Shown one piece after another: positions 1 through 9,639 of a DNA stretch of 58,677 nucleotides. This DNA is from a virus (Duplodnaviria; Caudoviricetes): the IMG/VR virus record IMGVR_UViG_3300043429_001390, positions 1 through 58,677 of that record, one strand, 5' to 3'. Every line of letters begins with the position of its first letter. Position 1 is the first letter of the stretch. The translations under genes were made by a program, and so were the position numbers. Under the pieces are notes generated by a model. The model was not told the DNA's origin. It saw only the letters and a program-made list of their open reading frames with translations, and ran no database searches.

Positions 1-255
1 TCAGCACTTCCAGGCCCGCAGGCTCTTGTTGATCCGGCTGTTCGGGTCCTTCGCCGTCTTCTCGCTCGTCAGCTTCTTCTTCATGCCCTTCATCCGGGCG
101 CAGAACGAGTCGCGTCGAGGTCCCCCTTCCGGCTGCGGGGGCTTGAGTCCGGGCTTGCCGGGATTCGCCTTGTTGTAGCTGGCGCGCCCCTTGGCGTTCA
201 GCCCACCCTTGGGATCCTTGCCCTCGGCCCTCTGCCATGCGGGTGTCTTGGCCAT
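1..255 (-). CDS. Small basic conserved phage protein (DUF6321-like), 84 aa
   Basis: MAKTPAW..GKDPKGGLNAKGRASYN..RRDSFCARM..SLRAWKC; GAGGAG RBS upstream of ATG at 255; directly follows the giant ORF. Confidence 0.7.
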   Translation of the reverse strand: MAKTPAWQRAEGKDPKGGLNAKGRASYNKANPGKPGLKPPQPEGGPRRDSFCARMKGMKKKLTSEKTAKDPNSRINKSLRAWKC

Positions 256-257
256 GG

Positions 258-3200
258 TCACTCCTCGTCTATGAGCTGCTCTACGAAGCGACGGGTGTCG
301 CGGTTGAACTGGATGCCGCCCAGCGTGTTGCGCTCGCGCTGGCGCTGCGACTGCTCCGACCGGATCAGGGACGACAGGGGCTGGCGCCGGTAGCCTGCTT
401 CCTCGCGGGCGTCCTGCAGCTTCGCCCACCGCTCCCGAGCCTCCGCCCGGGCGTCCGGGTCGTCCTTGGCGCGCAGGTAGGCGTTGCGGATCTTCTCGGC
501 CCTGTCCTGGAACTTGTTGTCCGCCTCGCGCTTGACCCGGTCCCGGAACTGGCGCACCGCCAGCTCGGTGGGCTGGAAGCCGATGGCCTGCCAGAAGGTC
601 TCCATGCCGGAGATCTCCTCCGGGGTGATCAGCACGTCGCCGTTGCGCCGGGTCACGCCCTCGGTGGCCTGCCGGTACGACTTCATGGCGTTGGACACGC
701 CGGTGGGCACGAGCTGCTCCAGGCCGCGGTAGTACTGCCCGTCGCGCATCAGAGCCAGACCGTCGGCTGCGCGCAACCCCAGAGAGCCAGCCGGGCCGCC
801 GAAGATGGCCGCCATGGCCGACTCCACACCGGTGCGGCTGGACAGGTCCAGATCGTTGAACGGCAGCAGCGACAGCACGTTGCCCATGCCGAGCTTGTTG
901 GACAGGTCCACGCCGAGCGCCGCAGGAGCTCCACGGGTTATCAGGGTCGCCACCTGCCCGTTGCCCAGCAGCTCGCGCAGCTCTTCCTCCAGGTTGAACG
1001 GCTCGTCGTCCCCGCCGTCCTTGAGCATGCCCAGCATCCAGGAGATGGCGGCGAAGCCCGGCAGGCCGATGGCGCCCGCCATGACAGCGGTGTGCCCCAG
1101 CAGGAACCCGAGCGCCTTGCGTGCAGCGGCTTGGTCATCGCCGGTGAAGCTGTTCTTCACGAGCTTGGCCAGCAGCGTGAGCTGGATGAGCTGGAACTTG
1201 CGGAACTGCAAGGCCACCTTGCCCGTGGCGGTGTTGAACACCCGCGGCGCGTTGCCCCGGGTGTAGTCGCCGTGGGTCTGGCTGATGATGTCGTCGGCGT
1301 ACTGCAGTGCCTCAGCGGCGTTGCCGGTCCGGGCGAGCTCCATCCGGTAGGCCGCGATGGCGGTGGACAGCCGGTTGACGGCTTCGAGCTTCTGGGCGGC
1401 GTTGCGCAGCCCGCGATCGACCTTGTTCCAGCGGTCCTTGACCGGGCCCTCGCCTTCGAGGCGGAACTCTCCCAGGTCGGTGTCCATGCCGATGTCGATG
1501 CGCCCGCGGTCCACCAGCTTGGAGATGGCGGCCCGGACATCCTGCGGCGCGGCGGCGTAGTTGAACTGCTCGCCCAGCTTGGCCGTACGGAACATAGGGG
1601 CCAAGTCCGTGTAGGCCTTGACCAGCGCAGTGCCCACCTTGAGGTAGTTGAACTTGCCCGCCATGACCGGCAGCGACATCATGAACGGCTGGGTCAGGTT
1701 CTGCAGGTAGTACGCCGGGCTCGTGGCCAGATACCAGACCGAGGTCAGCCGGGCGAGCTTGGAGGCGATGGGCGACGGGTCGTAGTCCATGGACTGCGTG
1801 TGCCGCTTCATCAGCTCATTGAACACCCCTGACTTGGTGTTCTGCGCCTCGGCGTCACCCGACTTCACCTCGCGGCGCATCGCGTTGAAGGTGTCCAGCG
1901 TCTGGTTGTTGTACTTGGCCCCGGCGATGAACTGCGCGTCCGCCCGCCCTTGGGAGGTGAAGGAGCGCAGCATGTCGATCTCGCCGGCCACGCCGCGGCG
2001 GCGCATCTCGGACTTGCGGGCCGAGCTCTCGGCCAGGGACGACAGGTACAGCTCGCCCACCACCCGGCGCGCGGCGCGCAGGGCGTTCTTCTCGCCCGGC
2101 TGGGCGTCTGCCAGCTCCGCATCGAGCTCCGCGCGCAGCTTGTTGAAGGCCGAGAGCATGCCGCCGAACATCGTGTGCTGGACGGCCTCCTTCTGGCGGA
2201 ACACCACCTCTGCGAAGGCGCCCTGCTTCTGAAGCTGCTCGACCAGCTCGCGCGCGTCGGCGGCCGACTCTGCGAACGAGACGTGGTAGTCATCGCCCGA
2301 GTTCTCCAGCTTGGCCCGGGACTTCTCGTCGGCGTCCAGGTAGGCCTGGGACTTGGCGATGACCACGTAGTCGCCGAAGCGCTTCAGCGGCGCGTAGGGG
2401 CGGAACTCCTGCAGCTCGAAGAGCGAGTTGAACCGCTTGAGCTGGTCGGCCTTGTCCGCATCCAGGCGCGCAGCCTTCTTGGTGTCCCCGAGCTTGCGGG
2501 CGGCCGCGATCAGTGCGTCGTACTCGGAATCGGTGGCCTCGATGACGGTCTGCTTCTTGAGCGACAGCACCTCGTCGCCATGCTTGAAGACGGCCTCCAC
2601 CAGAGCCTTGGACTCCTTGGACAGCGCATCGAAGCGCTGCTTCATCTCAGGGTCGACCTTGACGTTGGCGCTCGTGCCCTTGCGCCAGTCGGGCTTGAAG
2701 CCCCACTTGCCCTCGCGCGTGGCGTCGTAGAGGAACTGGTTGGCCGACTTCGGGCCGGTGCCGCGCTCGGCCTGGGGCACCTTGTTGTACAGGTCCGCCA
2801 CGCGCTCGACTTCGCGCTCCAGCTTGCCTGTGAGCGCCGCACGCTCCTGGTACACGCGACGCAGGTTGCCCGCAGCCTCCACCCCCAACGAGATGGCGCG
2901 GTTGATGACGTCCTCGGTGAACGTCAGCGTGTTCAGCGCCGCGTTGCCGACGTCGCGCAGCGTGTTGGTGACGACACCGACGGGCTTCTGGAGCTCTGTC
3001 GGCAGGCGCTCGGTGGGGTTCTTGCCGAAGCGCATGCGCTGCTTGTCCGCAGCCACCTGGGCGCCCACGCGGAAGATGTTCTTGTCGTTGAAGATGACGA
3101 GGTTGCTGGTCCGTACTTGCGACTTGGCGCTCTCAAGGGCCGCTTCAGCGTCTGCAACGGCTTTTTGGCCGTCAACGACCTGCTTCTCGTGGTAGCGAAC

Positions 3201-6200
3201 AGCCGCGCCGAGTTTGTTCTTCAGGCCCACCACAGATGTGGCTCTCGTCTTCTCCGCGCTCTTGGCGATGTTGTCGCGAATGAAAGCCGGAGCGCTGTCA
3301 ATCAGGTCTTGAAGCTCTTTCTGACTGCGTTCAAGCGCCTCTTGCGGGTTGGTGTCGGCAAACGCCCGCGCAGCTTTTGCCTTTTCCAGGGCCGCGCGGC
3401 TGGCCTCAAGGCCGTCTCTTGCGGCGTCAAGGCGGTCCTGCGCGCCTTTCACTGAATCGCTGCGACTGCGAGCGTCCAGGAACCTGATGCCCTTGATGCC
3501 GATGGAGTCGAGCCACTCAGACGCAGCCTTGTCGGAGCCGAACTTGTTCTCAAACCAGTTGTACAGGTTCTCGCCATCTATGCGCGGGTCGTCCCACGCA
3601 TCATCGAAGTCCTCCGCGTATTTAGAGTTCTCGATGGCCTGACGCACTTTGGCGCTTTGCTTGCTCAGTGGCTTGTCCCAGTCCAGCAGCTCGTCGTCGG
3701 CGACGGCGGTGTCCACGCGCATGAGCGAACCTTCTGGGTTAGGGCCCGCCCGCATCTCAACTTCGCGCCCTCCGGTGATGGCCAGCAGTCGGTCCCAACG
3801 CGACTTGTTGCTCTTGCTGGCAAACTTAGTCTTGCCGTCGAACAGCAGCTTGTTGTACAGCTCGCGCAAAACAGACGCCGGCACCGGCTGGCCCGTGTCG
3901 GAGTACACCGGCTGGGCGCTTTGGCTCTTACGATTGACGTCAGCCTCGAAGTACCCCTTGGCGATGCCGAACCGCTGCGCCAGATAGGTGCCCCAGCCGT
4001 ACGCTTGCGCACCCTCACCCGACCCCATGAACTTGTGGTCGAACTTGCGGAACGCCGCCGCCGTGCCATGCCACGTGCCGGTGATCTCCAGGCGGGCTGC
4101 ACCGAACGCGAGGTTGACGATGTCCTGTGCGGTCAGGCTCTCGGGCTTCAGGCCCAGCCGGCGCACCGCGACCTTGAACGCAGCCCACAGGGTGCGGAAC
4201 CACTCCCGCAGTCCAGCAGACCCGCGCATCGTCTCCGCCGTGGGGTCGATGCCTCGCTGCACAGCCTCTTCGAGGAAGTAGGCCAGGATCTCGGCCCGGC
4301 GGTCTTCCTTGGGCGTGTTTGCGTCCATCGTGCGCTCGACGGCAGCCAGGGCGACTTCGCTCTCGGTGGACCCGTTGTCCTGCTTGGCCCAGGAGATGAT
4401 CTGGTCGACGAGCTTGTCGTACACCGCCTTCGGCAGCAGGTTCTCCAGCCCCAGGTGGCCGCCCACCTCGTGCATGAACTTGGCCCGGCCACGCCCCTTG
4501 GCGATGCGGTCCGCCACGAGATACGCCACCCCGTCAGAGGCCACACCATAGGCGCCTTCGAGGGCCATCTTGGCGCCCAGTACCTTCTTCGTGCGGTCCG
4601 AGGAGGTCAGCAGGTCGCCGATGGTGTCCACGATCACGAGCTTGCGCCCCAGCACATCGGCGCGGATGAAGGCCTTGATGTCGTCAATCAGCTCGGCGGC
4701 GGTGTAGCCGTTCTTGACGGCGCCGGCACCCTTGGTCTTGCCGAACTGCTGCCCGCCCCCCTTCATGGCCTGGACCATGCGGTTCCAGTCGCGCGGGGCG
4801 ATGTCCAGCACGGCGGCGTACTGGAAGGGTGCTTCGGGGCGCAGGGCCCCGGACTCCACCGCGGCGCGGGCGGCTTCGAGCGCGTCCTCCATCGAGACGA
4901 ACTTGCCGGTGGTGGCCAGCATGACGTCGCCCGGCTGCTCCTTGTCACGGGACTTGGCGCGCAGGTCGCGCTCGCGCTGGGAGGTCGAGTTCTGCGAGGT
5001 GCGGGAGTCTGGACCGGATGATGACGATGTCCATACCGGCCACGGCATAGAACGCTGCATCAGCGACACGACGTCCTGGCGGGTCCAGTTGTTCTCGCCG
5101 TAGCCCACGAACTCCTTGCGAGTGGTCTCAGGCAGGTCCGCCCACTTGGGTGCGCCAGGGATGGTGTTGGCGGCTTGGTCCCACGCCCGGCCAGCCTGCT
5201 CGGTCGGAGTCAGGACCTTGTCCACGGGTGCTGCCGGCGCGGGCGCTGCAGCCTCTGCCTTCTTGACGCGGCGAACCTTGGGAGCCTTGGGAGGCTCGGC
5301 ACCCTTGGCCTTGCGCACCGCTCCCCGCTGAAGGACGCCCTCGGCGCGCTCGATCTCGGCCTCCGCCTTGGCTTGGAGCTCCGCAGCCTCCTGCTCCAGT
5401 TGCGCGACGGGCACCATCTTGTTGTTGACTGAGACCTCGGTCTTGCCGGCGGCGCGGGCCTGGGCGATCTGCTCGGCGCGCTTGGCGGCCTTGTCCTGCA
5501 AGTCCATCGCCTTCTGCGTGAACTTGGCTGCGACCTCGCCGGGGGTCAGGTACTTGGCTTCGATCTGGGAGATCGCAACGTCGGCCTCCTCGACCTTGTC
5601 GTTCTTGCCGGCTTCTTCCGCAGCGGCGCGCTGCTGGTACAGGGAGTCCAGCTTGTCCTGATCGGCCTGTGAAACGTCCTCGCGCCCGGCCAGCTCACCG
5701 GAGTCGCGCCAGTTGGAGACTGAGCCGCCCAGTGACGCACTGGTGGAGAAGCCCGCCTCGCGCAGGCTGGGGTCGCGCCCGCCCATCTCCGGGGCGGTGT
5801 CAGCGCCGAAGGCGGACTCCGTGGCTTCCAGATCAACCTCGGTGCGCCCGCTCGTGGGGGCGTCAACCTCGGTCTGCGTCTGCGCAGGCGCGAGTCGAGC
5901 AGCCAGCCTCGCCACGTAGTCATCGGTCCAGCCGAACTTCTTCTGGGCGTTCTTGATGCGGGTCGCCCGGGTCTTGGCCCCGAGCTCGCCCTCGCCCGTC
6001 ACCTTCTGCACGGTCTGCCGCGACAGCCCGTACTTGTTGGCGATGGCCTCCTCGGTCATGTTCTCCACGTAGCGGTCGTAGAGCATGGCCGCATCGCGCT
6101 CGCCGAAGATCTGGTTGAGTGTGGTCAGCGTGTCGTCATCGCTCTCGTTGGTGTCGCCCTGCTCGGCGACGATGTCCTCGGCGATCTTGAAGAGGTTGAC

Positions 6201-8084
6201 TCGGCGGCCCTGCGCTTTGGCGGCGCGGGCCTCTGCCCAGACCTGACGCAGCGACGGTGTGAGTGCTGCGAGCGCCGGAGCTCCGTCGGGCTTGGAGTCT
6301 TCCCAGTCGCTCTCGTCCGTGGCCTCGGCAGCCTCGGCTTGCTCAGCAACGGGTTCGGGGGCAACGAAGGCCTGCGACTGTGCCAGGGCGGCCGGACTCA
6401 CCAGCCTGCGCTTGCGCTGGACTACAGGCTCGGTTGGCGCAGCGGGAGCTGCGGCATCTTGTGCGGGGGCGGCTGCCACGGCAGCTTCTGCCGGCGGCGC
6501 TGCTTGGACGGCTTGACTGGCTTGGACATCGGCGGGGACCTCCGTGGCCGTTGGGGGAGTTGCCGGCGCGGGCTCGACCACGGGAGCCACGACAGGCACA
6601 GGAGCCGCCACAGGGGCAGGCGCAGCGACGGGAGCAGCCACCGGAGCCTTCTTGGACTCGATGATGGCCGCGGCCAGGAGCTTCTTGGCCTGCGCGTTCT
6701 TGCGCTCGGACATGGCGGTGACCACCGGGGTCAGCGACTCCAGGGGGAGCCCGGACGCCTTGATCTCGGAGAGCAGCTCCAGTGCCTTGCCGTTGGGCAC
6801 GACGCCCATGTCGATGAGTTCCTGCTCCTCCGGCGTATAGACCTTGGAGGCGGGCGCGGGCGGCGGAGCCGGCGCAGCGGTCGGCGTAGTGGGCAGCCCT
6901 TGGGAGAGCATCGACGCCTCGTAGGCCGACAGCTCGCGCTCGGTGCCATCCGGCCCTGCGACACGGACACCCGACGGGGCGTCGAACGCTGCGGTGATGT
7001 CGGCCTCGCGGGCCTCGCGCTGCTTGTCGTCGAGCGGCGCGCCCACGCCAGCCTGTTGCTCGACCCAGTTCTTGAGCGGAACGCCCGGGTTGTCGCGGAT
7101 GAGCCCGAGGATGGGCGCGAGCTGCTCCTGACGAGCCTTCTCGGCGTCGGCAGCGGCCTTGTCCCTGCGCAGAATGTCGGCCTCGATGGCGCGGTTGTTG
7201 AGCGCGCCGAACCCACCACCCGTGGCGACCCCGGCCAGCATGCCCATGGCGCCGGCGTTGCCCACACCCTGATCCCAGGGCCTGCCCAGCGCGACGTTCT
7301 GCCAGACCTGCTCCTGCATGGACTGGGGCAGTTCCTCGAACACGCCTTCGGACAGCGCGCTGCCACCGATGTTGCGCAGCATCCCGCGCTTGCCGGTGCC
7401 CATGGCGCCTTGCGCGAGCGCAGTGTCGATGTCGCCCAGCCCCACGCGGTTGGCCAGCCGGCCGCCGGCAAGACTCAGAACGCCAGCGCCGAAGCCCGAT
7501 GCGGCAGCGGCAGCCCCCTGCCACGGGGTGAGGAGTCCGTCCTTGGTCTCTGCGCGGATCTGAGACGCCGCAGAGCCGGCCCCGAGGATGCCTTCGCCCG
7601 CAGCGCCGGCCACCACAGGAGCGACCTTCGGGGCGACTCGCAGCAGTCCGCGGGCGATGCCGGCGCCGCCGATCATCTGAGGCAGCGACTCCCCCGCAGC
7701 AGTCAGGATCGTGCTGGGGTTCTGGAGCGCAGTGCCTACGGTGTCGAGGAACCCGTCGGCCTGCTTGACCTTCTCGTTGGCCGCCTGCTGCGCCGGCGAG
7801 TACCACGAGTCGATGAGCTTCTGAGCCTCTTCGGGGCGGTAGCCCAGCTCTTCGAGCGCCTTGCCGACGCGGCCACCCGTGGGGATGTCCGCCAGACCCG
7901 CGAACGCCTGCGGCAGGCCCACCGCGCCCTTGAGCGCGACGACGCCCACGTCCCCCATCGTGCCGAGGATGGTGCGCTCGGGATCCTTGGGTGGCAGCGG
8001 CGAAACGAAGGTCGGGGTGAACCCCTCGACGGGCGCAGCCGAGCGCCGAGATGTGGCTTCGGTGAAACCCTCGATGATCGGCAT
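258..8084 (-). CDS. Giant internal virion / DNA-ejection polyvalent protein (2608 aa) with zincin-like peptidase, ART-like and PLxRFG regions
   Basis: Long ORF with native codon usage; motifs FMHEVGGHLGLE, WHGT..FDHKFMGSGEGAQAYGWGTY, YAPLKRFGDY; last large gene of the virion module. Confidence 0.8.
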   Translation of the reverse strand: MPIIEGFTEATSRRSAAPVEGFTPTFVSPLPPKDPERTILGTMGDVGVVALKGAVGLPQAFAGLADIPTGGRVGKALEELGYRPEEAQKLIDSWYSPAQQAANEKVKQADGFLDTVGTALQNPSTILTAAGESLPQMIGGAGIARGLLRVAPKVAPVVAGAAGEGILGAGSAASQIRAETKDGLLTPWQGAAAAASGFGAGVLSLAGGRLANRVGLGDIDTALAQGAMGTGKRGMLRNIGGSALSEGVFEELPQSMQEQVWQNVALGRPWDQGVGNAGAMGMLAGVATGGGFGALNNRAIEADILRRDKAAADAEKARQEQLAPILGLIRDNPGVPLKNWVEQQAGVGAPLDDKQREAREADITAAFDAPSGVRVAGPDGTERELSAYEASMLSQGLPTTPTAAPAPPPAPASKVYTPEEQELIDMGVVPNGKALELLSEIKASGLPLESLTPVVTAMSERKNAQAKKLLAAAIIESKKAPVAAPVAAPAPVAAPVPVVAPVVEPAPATPPTATEVPADVQASQAVQAAPPAEAAVAAAPAQDAAAPAAPTEPVVQRKRRLVSPAALAQSQAFVAPEPVAEQAEAAEATDESDWEDSKPDGAPALAALTPSLRQVWAEARAAKAQGRRVNLFKIAEDIVAEQGDTNESDDDTLTTLNQIFGERDAAMLYDRYVENMTEEAIANKYGLSRQTVQKVTGEGELGAKTRATRIKNAQKKFGWTDDYVARLAARLAPAQTQTEVDAPTSGRTEVDLEATESAFGADTAPEMGGRDPSLREAGFSTSASLGGSVSNWRDSGELAGREDVSQADQDKLDSLYQQRAAAEEAGKNDKVEEADVAISQIEAKYLTPGEVAAKFTQKAMDLQDKAAKRAEQIAQARAAGKTEVSVNNKMVPVAQLEQEAAELQAKAEAEIERAEGVLQRGAVRKAKGAEPPKAPKVRRVKKAEAAAPAPAAPVDKVLTPTEQAGRAWDQAANTIPGAPKWADLPETTRKEFVGYGENNWTRQDVVSLMQRSMPWPVWTSSSSGPDSRTSQNSTSQRERDLRAKSRDKEQPGDVMLATTGKFVSMEDALEAARAAVESGALRPEAPFQYAAVLDIAPRDWNRMVQAMKGGGQQFGKTKGAGAVKNGYTAAELIDDIKAFIRADVLGRKLVIVDTIGDLLTSSDRTKKVLGAKMALEGAYGVASDGVAYLVADRIAKGRGRAKFMHEVGGHLGLENLLPKAVYDKLVDQIISWAKQDNGSTESEVALAAVERTMDANTPKEDRRAEILAYFLEEAVQRGIDPTAETMRGSAGLREWFRTLWAAFKVAVRRLGLKPESLTAQDIVNLAFGAARLEITGTWHGTAAAFRKFDHKFMGSGEGAQAYGWGTYLAQRFGIAKGYFEADVNRKSQSAQPVYSDTGQPVPASVLRELYNKLLFDGKTKFASKSNKSRWDRLLAITGGREVEMRAGPNPEGSLMRVDTAVADDELLDWDKPLSKQSAKVRQAIENSKYAEDFDDAWDDPRIDGENLYNWFENKFGSDKAASEWLDSIGIKGIRFLDARSRSDSVKGAQDRLDAARDGLEASRAALEKAKAARAFADTNPQEALERSQKELQDLIDSAPAFIRDNIAKSAEKTRATSVVGLKNKLGAAVRYHEKQVVDGQKAVADAEAALESAKSQVRTSNLVIFNDKNIFRVGAQVAADKQRMRFGKNPTERLPTELQKPVGVVTNTLRDVGNAALNTLTFTEDVINRAISLGVEAAGNLRRVYQERAALTGKLEREVERVADLYNKVPQAERGTGPKSANQFLYDATREGKWGFKPDWRKGTSANVKVDPEMKQRFDALSKESKALVEAVFKHGDEVLSLKKQTVIEATDSEYDALIAAARKLGDTKKAARLDADKADQLKRFNSLFELQEFRPYAPLKRFGDYVVIAKSQAYLDADEKSRAKLENSGDDYHVSFAESAADARELVEQLQKQGAFAEVVFRQKEAVQHTMFGGMLSAFNKLRAELDAELADAQPGEKNALRAARRVVGELYLSSLAESSARKSEMRRRGVAGEIDMLRSFTSQGRADAQFIAGAKYNNQTLDTFNAMRREVKSGDAEAQNTKSGVFNELMKRHTQSMDYDPSPIASKLARLTSVWYLATSPAYYLQNLTQPFMMSLPVMAGKFNYLKVGTALVKAYTDLAPMFRTAKLGEQFNYAAAPQDVRAAISKLVDRGRIDIGMDTDLGEFRLEGEGPVKDRWNKVDRGLRNAAQKLEAVNRLSTAIAAYRMELARTGNAAEALQYADDIISQTHGDYTRGNAPRVFNTATGKVALQFRKFQLIQLTLLAKLVKNSFTGDDQAAARKALGFLLGHTAVMAGAIGLPGFAAISWMLGMLKDGGDDEPFNLEEELRELLGNGQVATLITRGAPAALGVDLSNKLGMGNVLSLLPFNDLDLSSRTGVESAMAAIFGGPAGSLGLRAADGLALMRDGQYYRGLEQLVPTGVSNAMKSYRQATEGVTRRNGDVLITPEEISGMETFWQAIGFQPTELAVRQFRDRVKREADNKFQDRAEKIRNAYLRAKDDPDARAEARERWAKLQDAREEAGYRRQPLSSLIRSEQSQRQRERNTLGGIQFNRDTRRFVEQLIDEE

Positions 8085-8096
8085 GACGAGCCCTCG

Positions 8097-9338
8097 CTAC
8101 TTCTTGCCCGGCTTGGCCGCGGCGGCCTCTTCGAGCGTGCTGTACGGCAGGCCATCGCGGCCGATGAACGCCACCGCCGGAGCTCCGTCCGGGCCCTTGC
8201 CCAGCGCAGCGCGAACGCCGGCCTTGCTTGCCTCCCGCTGCATGCGGGCCCAAGAGGTGTTGTCCACGCCCAAGGGGGCTTCGAGCCCGCCGTTGACCAC
8301 GTTGTAGAGCGGGCGTCCGTCTTCGGCGTGCGCGGTGTGCGTGCCGTCTTCGCCCTTGAGGAACTTGGCGGGTCGCGGACCCTTCTCGCCAGTGACCTTG
8401 GGGAACAGGCCCGAGTAGCCTTCCGGCACCGGGACTTCCCTCACGCCGCTGCCGACGCGCCCGAGGATTCGGCGACCGTCGTCGGACACTCCGATGGGGT
8501 TGAAGATGTCGGCGGACGTGGGCGGACGCTGGAACATGCCCCCGCGCTTCTTGGCCTCGTACTCGTCGCGCTCCAAACCGAGCTTGTCGCCGTAGTACTT
8601 CTGCATGAACTCCCGGTAGGCCTTCTCGTCGGCGATCTTCTGGTCGCCCTGGCGCACACCTTGGAACTGAGCCCAGGCAGACGGATCGAGGAACCGCTGC
8701 GCATGCGTGAGCGCGGCCTCCACGTTCTCCCGTGTGACGGGGACCGGGGGTTCCACCCACTTGCCGTCAGGCGTGGCGAGGCCGAACCGACCGTCCTGAG
8801 AGACGACCAGCTTGCGCCCGTCGGGGTAGCTCTCGTAGCCGGTGGAGAGCTCGCGCAGAGCGCCACCAAGGTCGCCCCGAGAGTAGCGAAGCCCCGCTCG
8901 CTGCCAGCCCTCCATCGCCGCGGCGCGGCGTTGAGCGGCTTCGGCCGCCGTGATCTGAAAGCCGGTGAGCCTGCGGGTGTTGGCGCGGTCCGTGTCGGCT
9001 TCGTTGAGCGCGATCATCTGCTCAGCCTCGGCCGGCCGCCCGAAACGACGGTAGACGTTGGCCGTGTCACGCCGCACATCGGCGGCCGAACGCGTCACGG
9101 GCTGGGAGTAGGCCACACCCTCACGGGTGGGGTCGTCCACGGGGGCGTTGGACGTGCCCTCGGGCTGGATGCCGCGCAGCGCAGTCTGGAACTCGTCGTC
9201 CTGCTGCTGCTGCTTCAGCATCCGCTCACGCTGGGCTGCCTGGAACTTGCGGTCCTCGTCCTGCTGCGCCCAATCGCGGCTACGTTCATAGCCGCGGACG
9301 AACCCGTCAACCAGTCCAGCGAACGCGCCAGCGGCCAT
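8097..9338 (-). CDS. Internal virion (ejection) protein, 413 aa
   Basis: N-terminal GAFAGLVDGFVRGY followed by Q/R-rich helical region; position between two other internal virion genes; RBS GAGGAG. Confidence 0.6.
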   Translation of the reverse strand: MAAGAFAGLVDGFVRGYERSRDWAQQDEDRKFQAAQRERMLKQQQQDDEFQTALRGIQPEGTSNAPVDDPTREGVAYSQPVTRSAADVRRDTANVYRRFGRPAEAEQMIALNEADTDRANTRRLTGFQITAAEAAQRRAAAMEGWQRAGLRYSRGDLGGALRELSTGYESYPDGRKLVVSQDGRFGLATPDGKWVEPPVPVTRENVEAALTHAQRFLDPSAWAQFQGVRQGDQKIADEKAYREFMQKYYGDKLGLERDEYEAKKRGGMFQRPPTSADIFNPIGVSDDGRRILGRVGSGVREVPVPEGYSGLFPKVTGEKGPRPAKFLKGEDGTHTAHAEDGRPLYNVVNGGLEAPLGVDNTSWARMQREASKAGVRAALGKGPDGAPAVAFIGRDGLPYSTLEEAAAAKPGKK

Positions 9339-9348
9339 GATCTACTCC

Positions 9349-9639
9349 TCAGAGGTCCAGTTCGAGCTGCTCGGGGATGACATCCACCTCGGCAGCCTCA
9401 GCCTTGCGACGCCCGCGCTTGGGCGCAGGAGCTTCCGGGGGTTCAGCGGGTTCCGCGGGTTCGGCAGGCGCCTCGAACGACAGCTCGTTGCTGATCTTCA
9501 GGCCCAGCTCGTTGAGAAACGGCATGCCGTCACTGCCCACCGCGGTGAGGTACTGCTTCTTGCCGTCGACCACGGCGATGAGCCGGCCGCCCACGATCTC
9601 GCCGCCGACCTTCTCTGCCAACACGTTGATGTCCATCAT
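9349..9639 (-). CDS. Hypothetical protein, 96 aa, Pro/Glu-rich tail
   Basis: ORF with ATGA overlap to the upstream gene. Confidence 0.65.
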   Translation of the reverse strand: MMDINVLAEKVGGEIVGGRLIAVVDGKKQYLTAVGSDGMPFLNELGLKISNELSFEAPAEPAEPAEPPEAPAPKRGRRKAEAAEVDVIPEQLELDL

